A stretch of DNA of 64,000 bases from Gemmatimonadota bacterium. Lineage in GTDB: Bacteria > Gemmatimonadota > Gemmatimonadetes > Gemmatimonadales > GWC2-71-9. The notes under the pieces are model-generated. The model was not told the origin of the DNA. It saw nothing but the letters and a program-made list of their open reading frames with translations, and made no database searches. This document shows, piece by piece, positions 48,453-57,676 of this stretch (position 1 is its first letter; every line of letters starts with the position of its first letter). The stretch spans positions 7,754 to 71,753 of the forward strand of contig JANNQX010000145.1 of assembly GCA_031400975.1 (NCBI GenBank), given 5' to 3'. Position numbers and translations under genes: made by a program.

Positions 48453-49840
48453 AACTGCACTATGGTCGGATGATGAGCGACAAGCTCGATGGCCAACACG
48501 GCCTCGCCCGCAACCGAGTGGCGGAGCTGGTGCAGCGGTTCGGCGCGGTGTTCGCCGAAGTCGAGACCCGCAAGAGCCAAGGTGAGTACGGCTTCTACGG
48601 CTTGGGCCAACAGGCCGACATCGTGTCCGGAATCCGGCGGTTCGCCGACGGAGTCGGGCAGGCCTATGATCATGTCTTGGTGCTCGGCATTGGGGGCTCG
48701 GCACTCGGCACTCGGGCCTTGGTCAATGCCCTTCGGCCCCCGGCGTGGAATGAGTTGGATGATGAGGCGCGGGAGTATTTTCCCCGGATTACGGTGCTTG
48801 AGAACGTCGACCCCACCTCGATGGCGGCGGCGCTCCGGCGGATCGATCCCCGGCGCGTGTTTGTGAACGTCATTAGTAAGTCGGGGGGAACCCCGGAGAC
48901 CTTGGCGCAGTACTTGGTCGTCCGGGGGTGGCTCGATCAGGCCCTCGGACCCGATGCGGCGGTTCGGCATTTGGCGTTCACGACCGACCCGTCGAAGGGC
49001 CCGCTACGCGAGCTGGCCGCCAGGGAGGGGATTGCCGCCTTGGAAGTCCCGCCTGACGTTGGGGGCCGGTTCAGTGTGCTGACGGCGGTCGGGCTCCTCC
49101 CCGCCGCCCTCGTTGGGATCGACATCGAGGGCTTGATCCGGGGCGCGAACCGGGCCCTCGAACACGCGGCCCGCCCGGACCTGTTGAACAACCCCGCCGC
49201 CCTCTATGCCGGCCTGCTCTGGGCCGCCGACGCTTGGCTCGGGGCCAAGATTCACGTTCTGATGCCCTACAGTGACCGACTCCGCGACTTCGCGCCATGG
49301 TTCGTCCAGCTCTGGGCCGAGAGTCTCGGGAAACGGGTCGACCGCCGCGGGCAGCCGATCTGGGGCGGGCCGACACCGTTAGGCGCCGTCGGCGCCTCCG
49401 ACCAGCACAGCCAAGTCCAACTCTTCATGGAGGGCCCGTTCGACAAAGTCGTCTCCTTCGTCCGAGTCGAGGCCCCGGGCGAGGATCTTCGGATTCCCCA
49501 TCGACCCGACTTGCCCGAGGAGATGGCCTACCTCCAGGGTCACTCCCTCGGGGAGCTGCTGCTCGCCGAGCAGGAAGCCACCTCGGCCGCGCTCGCCCGG
49601 ATGGGCCGGATGAACGCCACCCTCGTGGTGCCCCGGCTCGACGCCGAGGTACTCGGGGAACTGATCATGTTCATGCAAGTGGCTACTGGATTCGCCGGCG
49701 TCTGGTACGGGGTCAACCCGTTCGACCAGCCCGGCGTCGAACTCGGCAAACGTCTGACCTTCGCCGCCCTGGGCCGCCCAGGTTTCGCGAAGGAAGGCTC
49801 CGCCACAGCCGATTCCGGTCTGCCCACCGACGTTGCCTGA
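48449..49840 (+). CDS. pgi: glucose-6-phosphate isomerase
   Basis: LVLGIGGSALGTRAL (SIS/PGI motif), GGRFSVLTAVGL and DQHSQVQLFMEGP. ATGA overlap with the MBL gene. Confidence 0.9.
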   Translation: MKLHYGRMMSDKLDGQHGLARNRVAELVQRFGAVFAEVETRKSQGEYGFYGLGQQADIVSGIRRFADGVGQAYDHVLVLGIGGSALGTRALVNALRPPAWNELDDEAREYFPRITVLENVDPTSMAAALRRIDPRRVFVNVISKSGGTPETLAQYLVVRGWLDQALGPDAAVRHLAFTTDPSKGPLRELAAREGIAALEVPPDVGGRFSVLTAVGLLPAALVGIDIEGLIRGANRALEHAARPDLLNNPAALYAGLLWAADAWLGAKIHVLMPYSDRLRDFAPWFVQLWAESLGKRVDRRGQPIWGGPTPLGAVGASDQHSQVQLFMEGPFDKVVSFVRVEAPGEDLRIPHRPDLPEEMAYLQGHSLGELLLAEQEATSAALARMGRMNATLVVPRLDAEVLGELIMFMQVATGFAGVWYGVNPFDQPGVELGKRLTFAALGRPGFAKEGSATADSGLPTDVA

Positions 49841-49962
49841 GGTTGACGGATCTCGGTGGCGCCGGCGGTGGTCTCCCACTTGCACCTCCCTCCCCCAGTG
49901 CCTCGGTCACCTGACCAGGCCGGTCGCCAACCAATTCTTATAAGTCGTTGGGAGAGAATAAG

Positions 49963-50862
49963 ATGGACGTCATTAGAACGCTCAGAGCGATCCTGGCACC
50001 TTCTGCCGGGCCGGTAAACCACGACCGTCCCCCCGTTGGCCGACCGGCAACTCCGTCAGGTCCCCAGAGCTTCGCGACAGCCCTCAAAGAGGCGGCCAAC
50101 CTCGAGGATCCCGACATCGGCACCTTCGGCGTCATTGAACGGCTCCAGCGGCCCGCTGAGCGTCAGGAGAGGCCATCGGTGGACCCCGGCCGACCCACCA
50201 TCGGGCCGGACCTGCCGGATGCGCCAGGGACGGACCTCCCACTCGAGCCCCCGCCGATCGAGATCCGGGATACCATCGAGTCGATGACGGTCCTAATTCT
50301 CAAGCCCGAAGTGCTCTCCAAGCCGGAACCGATCCAACCGCCGGTGGGCCAAACCAAGCCCCAAACGCCGGTCTCCGAGCCCAAAGCCCCGCTGATAATG
50401 AGCCTGCCACCGGTCGGCGTGCTCTGGGCTCCAGAGTCGCTCCGGGCGAGCGGCGCCTCCGGTCCCGGCATTGCGGGGACCGACGCCGCCACCCAGACCG
50501 ACCTCGCGAACAAGTTCGAGTACTACACCAACCCAGAGAAGTACGGCCTGACCCTCAATCAAGAGGCCAGGCTTTTCCTCGACGCCGTCGACAAAGGCTA
50601 CATCTCAAAATCCCCAGAGGGCCTAGGCACCCTCCTCTCAACCCTCGGCCGCGGCGCCATCGGCCCCACCGCCCGCCCCCCAGAAATGACCGAGTACTTC
50701 CGCCAGTTCTTCGCCCCCCGCCCCGAGCTCGAGCCCGAGTGCCGAGTGTCGAGCGCCGAGCGCCGAGCGCCGAGCGCCGAGCGCCGAGCGCCGAGCGCCG
50801 AGCGCCGAGAAAAGCAAAGAGCCCCGCCTTTCGGCGGGGCTCCTTGTTTCTCGACTAACTAG
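49963..50862 (+). CDS. hypothetical proline-rich protein; 3' end reads through a heptamer array and a terminator stem
   Basis: GGGAGAG lies 7 nt upstream of the ATG. GC3-rich codons throughout. No family recognised. The last ~40 codons (…PECRVSSAERRAPSAERRAPSAERREKQRAPPFGGAPCFSTN) are repeat/terminator-encoded. Confidence 0.5.
   Translation: MDVIRTLRAILAPSAGPVNHDRPPVGRPATPSGPQSFATALKEAANLEDPDIGTFGVIERLQRPAERQERPSVDPGRPTIGPDLPDAPGTDLPLEPPPIEIRDTIESMTVLILKPEVLSKPEPIQPPVGQTKPQTPVSEPKAPLIMSLPPVGVLWAPESLRASGASGPGIAGTDAATQTDLANKFEYYTNPEKYGLTLNQEARLFLDAVDKGYISKSPEGLGTLLSTLGRGAIGPTARPPEMTEYFRQFFAPRPELEPECRVSSAERRAPSAERRAPSAERREKQRAPPFGGAPCFSTN
50734..50810. repeat. heptamer array, 11 units (8 consecutive perfect CGCCGAG)
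   Basis: gcccgag tgccgag tgtcgag then 8 x cgccgag, read directly. One orientation only, with no nearby inverted arm. Confidence 0.95.
50821..50842. terminator. bidirectional intrinsic terminator
   Basis: AGCCCCGCC-TTTC-GGCGGGGCT stem-loop, flanked by AAAAGCAAAG (left) and CCTTGTTTCT (right), between two convergent genes. Confidence 0.7.
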
Positions 50863-50867
50863 CTGGT

Positions 50868-53800
50868 CTAGATAACCCCGCCGAACAAGCCGGCGCCAGC
50901 CTTGGTACCCATGATCCGCCACGTGGTGCCCACCAGACAGGCGCCGGTGGTCGGAATCAAAACCGTGTACTTCCAGAACCGATGCTGACCGTTGTCGGTC
51001 CGAACCGGCGCCGGGAAGGCCGCGCAGTACGTCCACTCGGTCCCGTTGAGGCGCCAGAGGCTCGCCCCTTCGAAATACGGGTTCACGATCGAAGTGCTGG
51101 CGACGTGCGTACCAACCACGCTAGCGGCGACTTCAGTCGTGCTACCGGACCAGCTGATCAAGTCAGCTGCCGACCACTGTTCGCTGATACCGGTGCTCGG
51201 GTTGAACTGCGACGAGAGCATCGGAGCCGCGATGGGAGCGGCAGCCGTCTGGCTCGCGACGTCGTTCACGTTCGCCGAGACCACCGTCGGCAACTTGCCG
51301 CCGTTGACGGCCCCTGGCGCCCCAACGTTATACAACCCGTCGGTGATCACCTGACTCGTGGTGAACGGGATCTTGGAGCTGTTGATGTACGGGAAAACCA
51401 ACGGCGCCGGGCAGGCCGGGTATGGCGTGGCCGCAGCGGTACACATTTCGTCGACGCGGAACAGGAAGTAGCCGATTGAAGCGAGCGCCCCGTTGACGAC
51501 GTTGGTGATGGTCGCATCCCACCGAGTTCCGAGCGGGCTCAAGCTCCCGAACGGATAGCGGAGTGCGGTGCCGGCCAGAGTCGGAATGTGCATCGAAACC
51601 GCCGCCGTGGCGTCGATGATTTCAAGGTCGTCGTTCGCGGAGAAGCCGAACGGAGCCGCAGCGCCCGGGGTGTAGAAGCCGGTGTTGAAGCCAAGACCCG
51701 TGATGTTCGGCGGCAACAGATGATCGGCCGCGAAATTCCGAGCAATGGTGCTGCTGGTGTTACCGGCACGGTCGGTGACGTTCCCGCTCCAGTTGTAGTA
51801 CCCAACGCCGCCGAGGCCGGTCACCGGCGCGGTAGCGCCAAGGATCGGAAGCTCGATGCTGCGGACGTAGGTGTCGTTGAGCGGCGTTGGGAGACCGTAG
51901 CTCGCGATGATCGCGTTCGCGGTCCCAGTGGCCGTCAGACGGGTGAAGGTGTAGCTGGCCGGGTAGCAGCCGGCTCCGGTGCCGCAGGTGCTGAGCGCGA
52001 CGCCTTGGTGGAAGCCGGATCGGCCGTCAATCGCTTCGAGCCCAAACGCCTGGGCCGGCGGCGGGGCAGCGATCGAGTAGATCGAGGTCGGATCATTGGC
52101 AACGGCCACGAGGGTCGAGGCCGGCAATACCGGCAGCGGGGTCGCAGCCGGCGGGGTGGCGCCGAGGAACCGAACGGTCGGGGCCCCGAAATCAACGCCG
52201 AAGTAGTTCGACGCGCCGGTCCAGTTGGCGTTGCCGAGCAGGTCTTCCGCGTAGGTGCAGATCCGCTGGCCGTCGATGTTGTTGCTGGTCGAGGTTTCGG
52301 CAAAGTCAGCGCCGGTCTGAGTCGGGAGGTTCGGAGCCGGGCAATCGACGGCGTAAGAACGCGCCTTCGGGAAGCCGGCAGCCACCCCGGAACCGATCAG
52401 ATCACCGCCATCGCTGGCGGTCATGTCCTGGCCGAACGCGTAGCCCGCGTTGACCCAGGGTTGGTCGAAGCTGTCGTTGAAGGCCACAGTGCCGATGGTG
52501 ACGGCCGGACCCTTGTTGTCAACGAACGACTCGCCCGGGGCCGAACCAACCGGCGGGCAGATCATGTTCCAACGGTTCTCGCCGCCGACCAGGAAGGCCG
52601 TGCCAACGGTGCTGATCCCGCTCGAAGAGGCGATCGCCGCGCCAGCCACAGACAAGGAGCCGCAGGACACGCTCTCCGGCCGAGTCAGCGGGGTCCCATC
52701 GGGGCCCACGGCACCAACCGCGTAGGCGGTGCTGGAGACCTCGACCACGTCATTGCCACCTTCAACGCCGCCGCAGTCATACAAGCCGCCAACGACGATG
52801 CCGGTCGTTGCCGCGCCACCGCTGATCAGATTGTCGGAGCCGCCGCACACGTCTGAGTCGAGAGCGACCGACTGCGGAACGGCCCGACCGAAGGCGATGT
52901 AGTCATATCCTTCGACCGTCTGGGTGCCCTTGTAGTAGGTCTCGCCATCGTTCAACGACGTGACAACCGGAGTCGTCGCGGTCGGAGCCAATGATGCGGG
53001 ACGGGTCCCGGAAGGACGCCGAATGATGGCGTCGGGGTTGTTCATGACCACCGGGATGGCGTTGGAGGCCAGCGGGGTGCTCGACCCGGAGACGTACAGG
53101 TTCGCCGTGATGGCCGAGTTCCCGTTGAAGATCACCGGAACGAAGACGGAACCGTTCTGCCGAACCTGCGCCGTGTTGGTGCTCAGGATGATCAAGGTGG
53201 CAGCGGCTTCAGGCGCCGCAGCGGCGGAGGCCGACGCGAAGGTCTGGGTCGCCACAACCTGCCCACCGACCAAGGCGTCAACGCGGGTGATGTTCCGCGA
53301 GCCGGCTTCGACGTTGAGGGCGATTTCGATCTGAGCCTTAACGTTGGTCAGGTTGACCGGGACGTTATTGGTACCGTTGTTGAAGGTCACGGCCTGGATC
53401 TGAACGGAGGCCGGGGCCGGAATGACAACGGTCAAGGACATGGTGCCGCAGACCGCAGGATTGGCGGTCGAACAAGCCTTGATCACGACCGGACCACCGA
53501 GGCTTTGGGCATTGGCGGTGATGAGGCCGGTAGCCGACACCGACGCCAAGGTCCCGTCAAGCGACGACCAAACGACCGTCTGGGCCGGGCTGTTGGTGCC
53601 GGCAACAGTGGCCGACGCCTGCAACGTCCCAGGAGCGGAGAGCGAGGTGCCGGCGTTGATCTGCGCCGAAGGCGGCGTGATCGTAACCGCGGTCACCGTG
53701 GTGCCAACAACATTCAGCGTGGCCACACCGTTGCCGGTGGCGCCGCCGGTAGCGCAGGTGGCCGTTGCCCGGATCGCAATCGAGCCCGAGGGCGCCGCGG

Positions 53801-54089
53801 GCAAGACGCTGACCAGACCGGATGCACTGACCGTGGCGCGGGTGATATCGCTGCTGCTCCACGTGGTGGCGGCGTTACAACCAGCATCCGCCGTCACAGC
53901 GGCAGACATCTGCAGGGTCTGGCCGGGGCTGACGGTCACACCGTCGGGAGCCACGGAGACCTGCCGGACAGCCGGCGGCGGCGGCGGCGGCGGGGCTGGC
54001 GGATCGACAATCGTGAGATCGTCTCCGCAACCAGCCAAGGCCGCGGCGAGGCCGCTGGTCAACAGCAAGGAACGGTAAAGCTTGTTCAT
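50868..54089 (-). CDS. large surface lipoprotein with N-terminal bacterial Ig-like (Big_2-type) repeats
   Basis: 1073 aa. Lipobox LAAALAGC, a poly-Pro linker, then three repeats of the '...W.SSD...A.VS..GL......G...I.A' pattern. T/S/A/G/N-rich and low in charge. GGGGGAG RBS. Confidence 0.8.
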   Translation of the reverse strand: MNKLYRSLLLTSGLAAALAGCGDDLTIVDPPAPPPPPPPAVRQVSVAPDGVTVSPGQTLQMSAAVTADAGCNAATTWSSSDITRATVSASGLVSVLPAAPSGSIAIRATATCATGGATGNGVATLNVVGTTVTAVTITPPSAQINAGTSLSAPGTLQASATVAGTNSPAQTVVWSSLDGTLASVSATGLITANAQSLGGPVVIKACSTANPAVCGTMSLTVVIPAPASVQIQAVTFNNGTNNVPVNLTNVKAQIEIALNVEAGSRNITRVDALVGGQVVATQTFASASAAAAPEAAATLIILSTNTAQVRQNGSVFVPVIFNGNSAITANLYVSGSSTPLASNAIPVVMNNPDAIIRRPSGTRPASLAPTATTPVVTSLNDGETYYKGTQTVEGYDYIAFGRAVPQSVALDSDVCGGSDNLISGGAATTGIVVGGLYDCGGVEGGNDVVEVSSTAYAVGAVGPDGTPLTRPESVSCGSLSVAGAAIASSSGISTVGTAFLVGGENRWNMICPPVGSAPGESFVDNKGPAVTIGTVAFNDSFDQPWVNAGYAFGQDMTASDGGDLIGSGVAAGFPKARSYAVDCPAPNLPTQTGADFAETSTSNNIDGQRICTYAEDLLGNANWTGASNYFGVDFGAPTVRFLGATPPAATPLPVLPASTLVAVANDPTSIYSIAAPPPAQAFGLEAIDGRSGFHQGVALSTCGTGAGCYPASYTFTRLTATGTANAIIASYGLPTPLNDTYVRSIELPILGATAPVTGLGGVGYYNWSGNVTDRAGNTSSTIARNFAADHLLPPNITGLGFNTGFYTPGAAAPFGFSANDDLEIIDATAAVSMHIPTLAGTALRYPFGSLSPLGTRWDATITNVVNGALASIGYFLFRVDEMCTAAATPYPACPAPLVFPYINSSKIPFTTSQVITDGLYNVGAPGAVNGGKLPTVVSANVNDVASQTAAAPIAAPMLSSQFNPSTGISEQWSAADLISWSGSTTEVAASVVGTHVASTSIVNPYFEGASLWRLNGTEWTYCAAFPAPVRTDNGQHRFWKYTVLIPTTGACLVGTTWRIMGTKAGAGLFGGVI

Positions 54090-54609
54090 TAACTCCCCCT
54101 ATGATTCGTTAGCCTGCGAAGGACAGAAACGCTTTGCCTGCAACAATCTGCAACCAACCTATTGCCACTGCTTCGACACTACTCTAGCGGCAAGACCCAC
54201 CGGCCGCTGTGAGCTAGCGCACAATTCCGCCGCCCTCGCGCCGCCGATCTGCTTTCAACTCCTGAGCCCCCGACCAGCGGAATGGCTTGACCAGAATTCA
54301 ACGCGCCAAGTTAGCAACCAGCGGCGCAACGGTCAAGACCTAACCTCTATTGGCTCCTTAGGTTGGCCCATCCCGGACCGACATCCAAGGCCAGTGACCC
54401 AAAAAGCTGCACCCCGCCGGACTGTCCCGTACCAGCTTCGATCAGCCAGCGAGCAACCCCCGTGCCGGAACCCCTTCAAACCTCGCAAGTTGCTGATTCT
54501 TGCAGTCTTGCGGCGCCTGTCCGGGAATCGACCGGCCCCAGAAATCGACCGACCCCTGGCCTCGATGCGAGTACCCCCTGGGGTTCGCAAGCCCGATCAT
54601 AACCCGAAG

Positions 54610-55191
54610 CTACCGACCCACGGCAGTGAACCCCCGTCGAATCGCCTCGGCCAACAACGGCCACCACTCGCCGTCCGCGAGAGTACTGACTCGTTCCCGG
54701 GCCACCAGGGTTCCATCGTCCGCAACAACGAAAAACGTCCAATCTCGGTCTCGGTCGCCCACCCCGAACTGGCGGTGAATCCGGCCCCCGCTGTCCGCCA
54801 GAACCCGGAGCGAACCGCCCAGCGAGGAGCTAAGGACCCGAGCCTCAGCCGAACCCGCCCGCACCACCCCAACCAGGGCTATTCGAGGGCTCCCCAGGGA
54901 GTCCGCTCGCCTGGCCAGCGCGGCCCAGTCGATCCGAACCGCCGGATCAGGGCGTCCCCCGAAGGCCACGACCACGACTCGGCCGAGTTCTCCGGCCAGA
55001 CGGAACTCGATTGCTCGGCACTCGGGGCTCGGCGCTCGGCACTCGGAGGAGGAGTAGGACGGGAGGACGATTGGGGGGACGGGGCGGCCGGGCCGGAGGC
55101 TTCCCAACAACTGGGCGCGGACGGGTTCTTGGGCCCGGCCCGGGGTCGGACTGACGGCCAGGATCGCCGCCAACAGGGGGCTCCACCTCAC
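54610..55191 (-). CDS. thioredoxin-fold-like secreted protein lacking a CxxC motif
   Basis: GTG at 55191 overlaps the tlpA stop (GTGA). Signal-like VRWSPLLAAILAVSPTPGRAQ. Array G encodes SSSECRAPSPECRA between the signal and the domain. The TlpA-like layout has AFGGRPD where WC..C is expected. Weak call. Confidence 0.5.
   Translation of the reverse strand: MRWSPLLAAILAVSPTPGRAQEPVRAQLLGSLRPGRPVPPIVLPSYSSSECRAPSPECRAIEFRLAGELGRVVVVAFGGRPDPAVRIDWAALARRADSLGSPRIALVGVVRAGSAEARVLSSSLGGSLRVLADSGGRIHRQFGVGDRDRDWTFFVVADDGTLVARERVSTLADGEWWPLLAEAIRRGFTAVGR
55013..55047. repeat. heptamer array, 5 x RCTCGGN
   Basis: gctcggc actcggg gctcggc gctcggc actcgga, internal to CDS 54610..55191. Confidence 0.9.
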
Positions 55192-55691
55192 CGCGGGAGG
55201 GCCTTGGCTACCGCTGCCATGAGGTTTTGGTCGGCGCCTGAGCCGGTGTATGCGATGACCCCCTTGGCGTCGATCACGACAATATAGGAGGTGGTTGGGA
55301 CGTCGAAGGCTCGGGTTCCGGCCCCGAGGTTGTCGTAGAGGGTCAAAAATGGGGGGGAATGGGCGACCAGATACCGGCGAACCCGGTCGGGGGAATCGTT
55401 GACCGTAATGTTGACGCCGATCAGGGTCACCCGGTCGCCGTAGGTTTGGTTGACAAGGTTGAGCTGCGGCAGGAGCGACTTGCAGACCGCACACCAGGTT
55501 GCCCAGAACTCGATCAGCACCACCTTCTTGCCGATGTAGCTCCCAAGATCGACCGGCTTGCCGTCAAGGTCGTTGATGGCGACCATCGGGGCCTTGGTAC
55601 CGACCGGAATGCCGGCGTCGAACTGGGCTGCCGCCGGTCCGGCGCCGAGTCCCAGGAAACCCACCACGATCGCTGCAGCTCTCAGATCCAT
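55188..55691 (-). CDS. TlpA/ResA family thiol:disulfide oxidoreductase
   Basis: ATG at 55691 (overlaps the ccdA stop), a signal peptide and FWATWCAVCKSLLP (CxxC). Confidence 0.85.
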   Translation of the reverse strand: MDLRAAAIVVGFLGLGAGPAAAQFDAGIPVGTKAPMVAINDLDGKPVDLGSYIGKKVVLIEFWATWCAVCKSLLPQLNLVNQTYGDRVTLIGVNITVNDSPDRVRRYLVAHSPPFLTLYDNLGAGTRAFDVPTTSYIVVIDAKGVIAYTGSGADQNLMAAVAKALPR

Positions 55692-56371
55692 ACCTGCCCC
55701 ATCTTGACGAAGTAGTACTCTGCCATCGCGAGCATCAGGACGCCGGCCGCCCGTTTGATCCACACAGTCCAGCGGCCTGGCTTGGGCAGGGCCGCCAAGG
55801 TCCCGGAGAATATCCCGATCACGATCAGTAGGGCCGTCATGCCGAGACTGAAAACAAATAGATAGAGGAACCCGAGGCCCGCACTCTGGGTCGCCCCGAC
55901 AAACGTGAGGACGGCGGCGAATGCCGGCGCACCACACGGCGCGGCCACCAACCCCGAGGTCGCGCCCATCACGAAGACCGCCCCGAGCGATTGGCTCCCA
56001 AACTTGCCCGCCCAGGCCAGGAGCCGTTCGGGGACGAGAACCGGAATCGCGTCAAGCATGGCCAGACCGGACAGGAGCAGCAGATTGCCCATGGCGAAGA
56101 AGGCCCAGGGATTGGCGCTGATCGACCCAAACAGGGTCCCGGTCAGCCCGGCAATCAGCCCGAGGGTCGCGTAGACGGTGGCCAAACCAAGCGCGTAGAC
56201 CAAGCTCATGACCACGGTCCGCCCACGGGAACGCCCCACGGCCCCCGCGCCGCCGAGCACGCCGGCGGTGATCGGAATCATCGGGTAGACGCACGGCGTT
56301 AGGCTCGTGACCAGGCCGGCTCCGAAGAGCACCGGAATGGCCGCCAGCGGACTACTGAGCAGCTCGCTCAT
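55682..56371 (-). CDS. ccdA: cytochrome c biogenesis thiol-reductant transporter CcdA (DsbD family)
   Basis: ATG at 56371 ([34 protein letters not shown]...). Second conserved Cys context [10 protein letters not shown]. The 17 codons upstream in the ORF track are repeat-encoded. Confidence 0.85.
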   Translation of the reverse strand: MSELLSSPLAAIPVLFGAGLVTSLTPCVYPMIPITAGVLGGAGAVGRSRGRTVVMSLVYALGLATVYATLGLIAGLTGTLFGSISANPWAFFAMGNLLLLSGLAMLDAIPVLVPERLLAWAGKFGSQSLGAVFVMGATSGLVAAPCGAPAFAAVLTFVGATQSAGLGFLYLFVFSLGMTALLIVIGIFSGTLAALPKPGRWTVWIKRAAGVLMLAMAEYYFVKMGQVWI

Positions 56372-57635
56372 GCTCGGCACTCGGCATTCGGGGCTCGGCA
56401 CTCGGCATTCGGGGCTCGGCACTCGGCGGGAAGCGGGAGGCGACGTAGTCTTCGAGGATGGCGAGGAATTCGGGGACGATGGCGTCGCCTTTGAGGGTTT
56501 TGAGGAGGCGGCCGTCGACGAACACGGGGGCCTTGGGGTCCTCGAAGGTGCCGGGGAGGGAAATGCCGATGTGGGCGTGTTTGGATTCGCCGGGGCCGTT
56601 CACGACGCAGCCCATCACGGCGACGTTCATCGTTTCGACCCCGGGGCGGGTGGTCTTCCACTCCGGCATTTGATCGCGAAGATAGTTTTGAATGTCCTGC
56701 GCCATGGACTGGAAGAACGTGCTGGTGGTCCGGCCACACCCGGGGCAGCTGGTGACCTGCGGGATGAAGCTCCGGAGACCGATCGACTGAAGGATCTGCT
56801 GCGCCACCCGGACCTCTTCCGCCCGGTCGCCGCCGGGAGCGGGGGTCAGGGAAACCCGAATCGTGTCACCGATGCCCTCTTGGAGGAGGACGCCGAGGCC
56901 CACGCTGCTGGCGACGATGCCCTTGATCCCCAGGCCGGCTTCCGTCAGCCCCAGGTGGAGGGGATAGTCGCATCGGGCGGCGAGCATCCGATAGACGTCA
57001 ATCAGGTCTTGGACGCCCGACACTTTGGCCGAGAGGATGATCCGATCGTGGGCCAGGCCGATCTCCTCAGCTTGGGCCGCCGACCGAACCGCGCTCTCGA
57101 CCATGGCATCCATCGTCACATCGCGGGCTCCGCGGGGAGCAGGGCTCGCGGCATTCTGGTCCATCAGCTGGGTTAGCAGCTGCTGATCGAGCGAGCCCCA
57201 ATTGACCCCGATCCGGACCGGTTTGGCGTGGGCCAGCGCGACCTCGATAATGGCCCGAAAGTGCTCATCATGCCGCTTACCGCCGACGTTGCCGGGATTG
57301 ATCCGGTATTTGGCGAGGGCCCGGGCACACGCCGGGTGCCGGGTCAAGAGCAGATGGCCGTTGTAGTGAAAATCGCCGACGATCGGGACGGTGAGGCCGA
57401 GCCGGTCAAGCCCGTCGACAATCGTGGGGACGGCCGCCGCGGCCTCGTCGGTATTGACGGTGACCCGGACCAGCTCGCTGCCGGCCCGGAACAGCTCGGC
57501 CGCTTGCCGGACCGTGGCCGGCACATCGGCGGTGTCGGTGTTGGTCATCGACTGCACCACAACCGGACGACTGGACCCGACCGCGACCCCGCCGACCGTG
57601 ACGGTCGGCGTGACGCGGCGTGGAGCTATTGCCAT
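56352..57635 (-). CDS. ispG: 4-hydroxy-3-methylbut-2-en-1-yl diphosphate synthase (flavodoxin)
   Basis: [28 protein letters not shown] and [13 protein letters not shown]. The last ~25 codons ([25 protein letters not shown]) are encoded by array H. Confidence 0.95.
   Translation of the reverse strand: MAIAPRRVTPTVTVGGVAVGSSRPVVVQSMTNTDTADVPATVRQAAELFRAGSELVRVTVNTDEAAAAVPTIVDGLDRLGLTVPIVGDFHYNGHLLLTRHPACARALAKYRINPGNVGGKRHDEHFRAIIEVALAHAKPVRIGVNWGSLDQQLLTQLMDQNAASPAPRGARDVTMDAMVESAVRSAAQAEEIGLAHDRIILSAKVSGVQDLIDVYRMLAARCDYPLHLGLTEAGLGIKGIVASSVGLGVLLQEGIGDTIRVSLTPAPGGDRAEEVRVAQQILQSIGLRSFIPQVTSCPGCGRTTSTFFQSMAQDIQNYLRDQMPEWKTTRPGVETMNVAVMGCVVNGPGESKHAHIGISLPGTFEDPKAPVFVDGRLLKTLKGDAIVPEFLAILEDYVASRFPPSAEPRMPSAEPRMPSAEHERAAQ
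56372..56427. repeat. heptamer array with 21-nt super-period (gctcggc actcggc attcggg) x 2.7
   Basis: Read directly. It spans the ispG 3' end and abuts the ccdA ATG. Confidence 0.95.
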
Positions 57636-57676
57636 GACTCAAGTATAAAGCAGTGGCCCGTCGAAACGGGCATCGA

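Noticed and set aside
48679-48716. Heptamer-like run gctcggcattgggggctcggcactcggcactcgg inside pgi
   Set aside because: It encodes the conserved PGI/SIS motif LGIGGSALGTRA in frame. The resemblance to the RCTCGGC repeat is most simply explained by codon usage for G-S-A-L-G. It is not counted as a repeat-element copy.
24786-56427. Heptamer arrays as CRISPR arrays
   Set aside because: The units are 7 nt and directly abutting, with no unique spacers, and there are no cas genes in the window.
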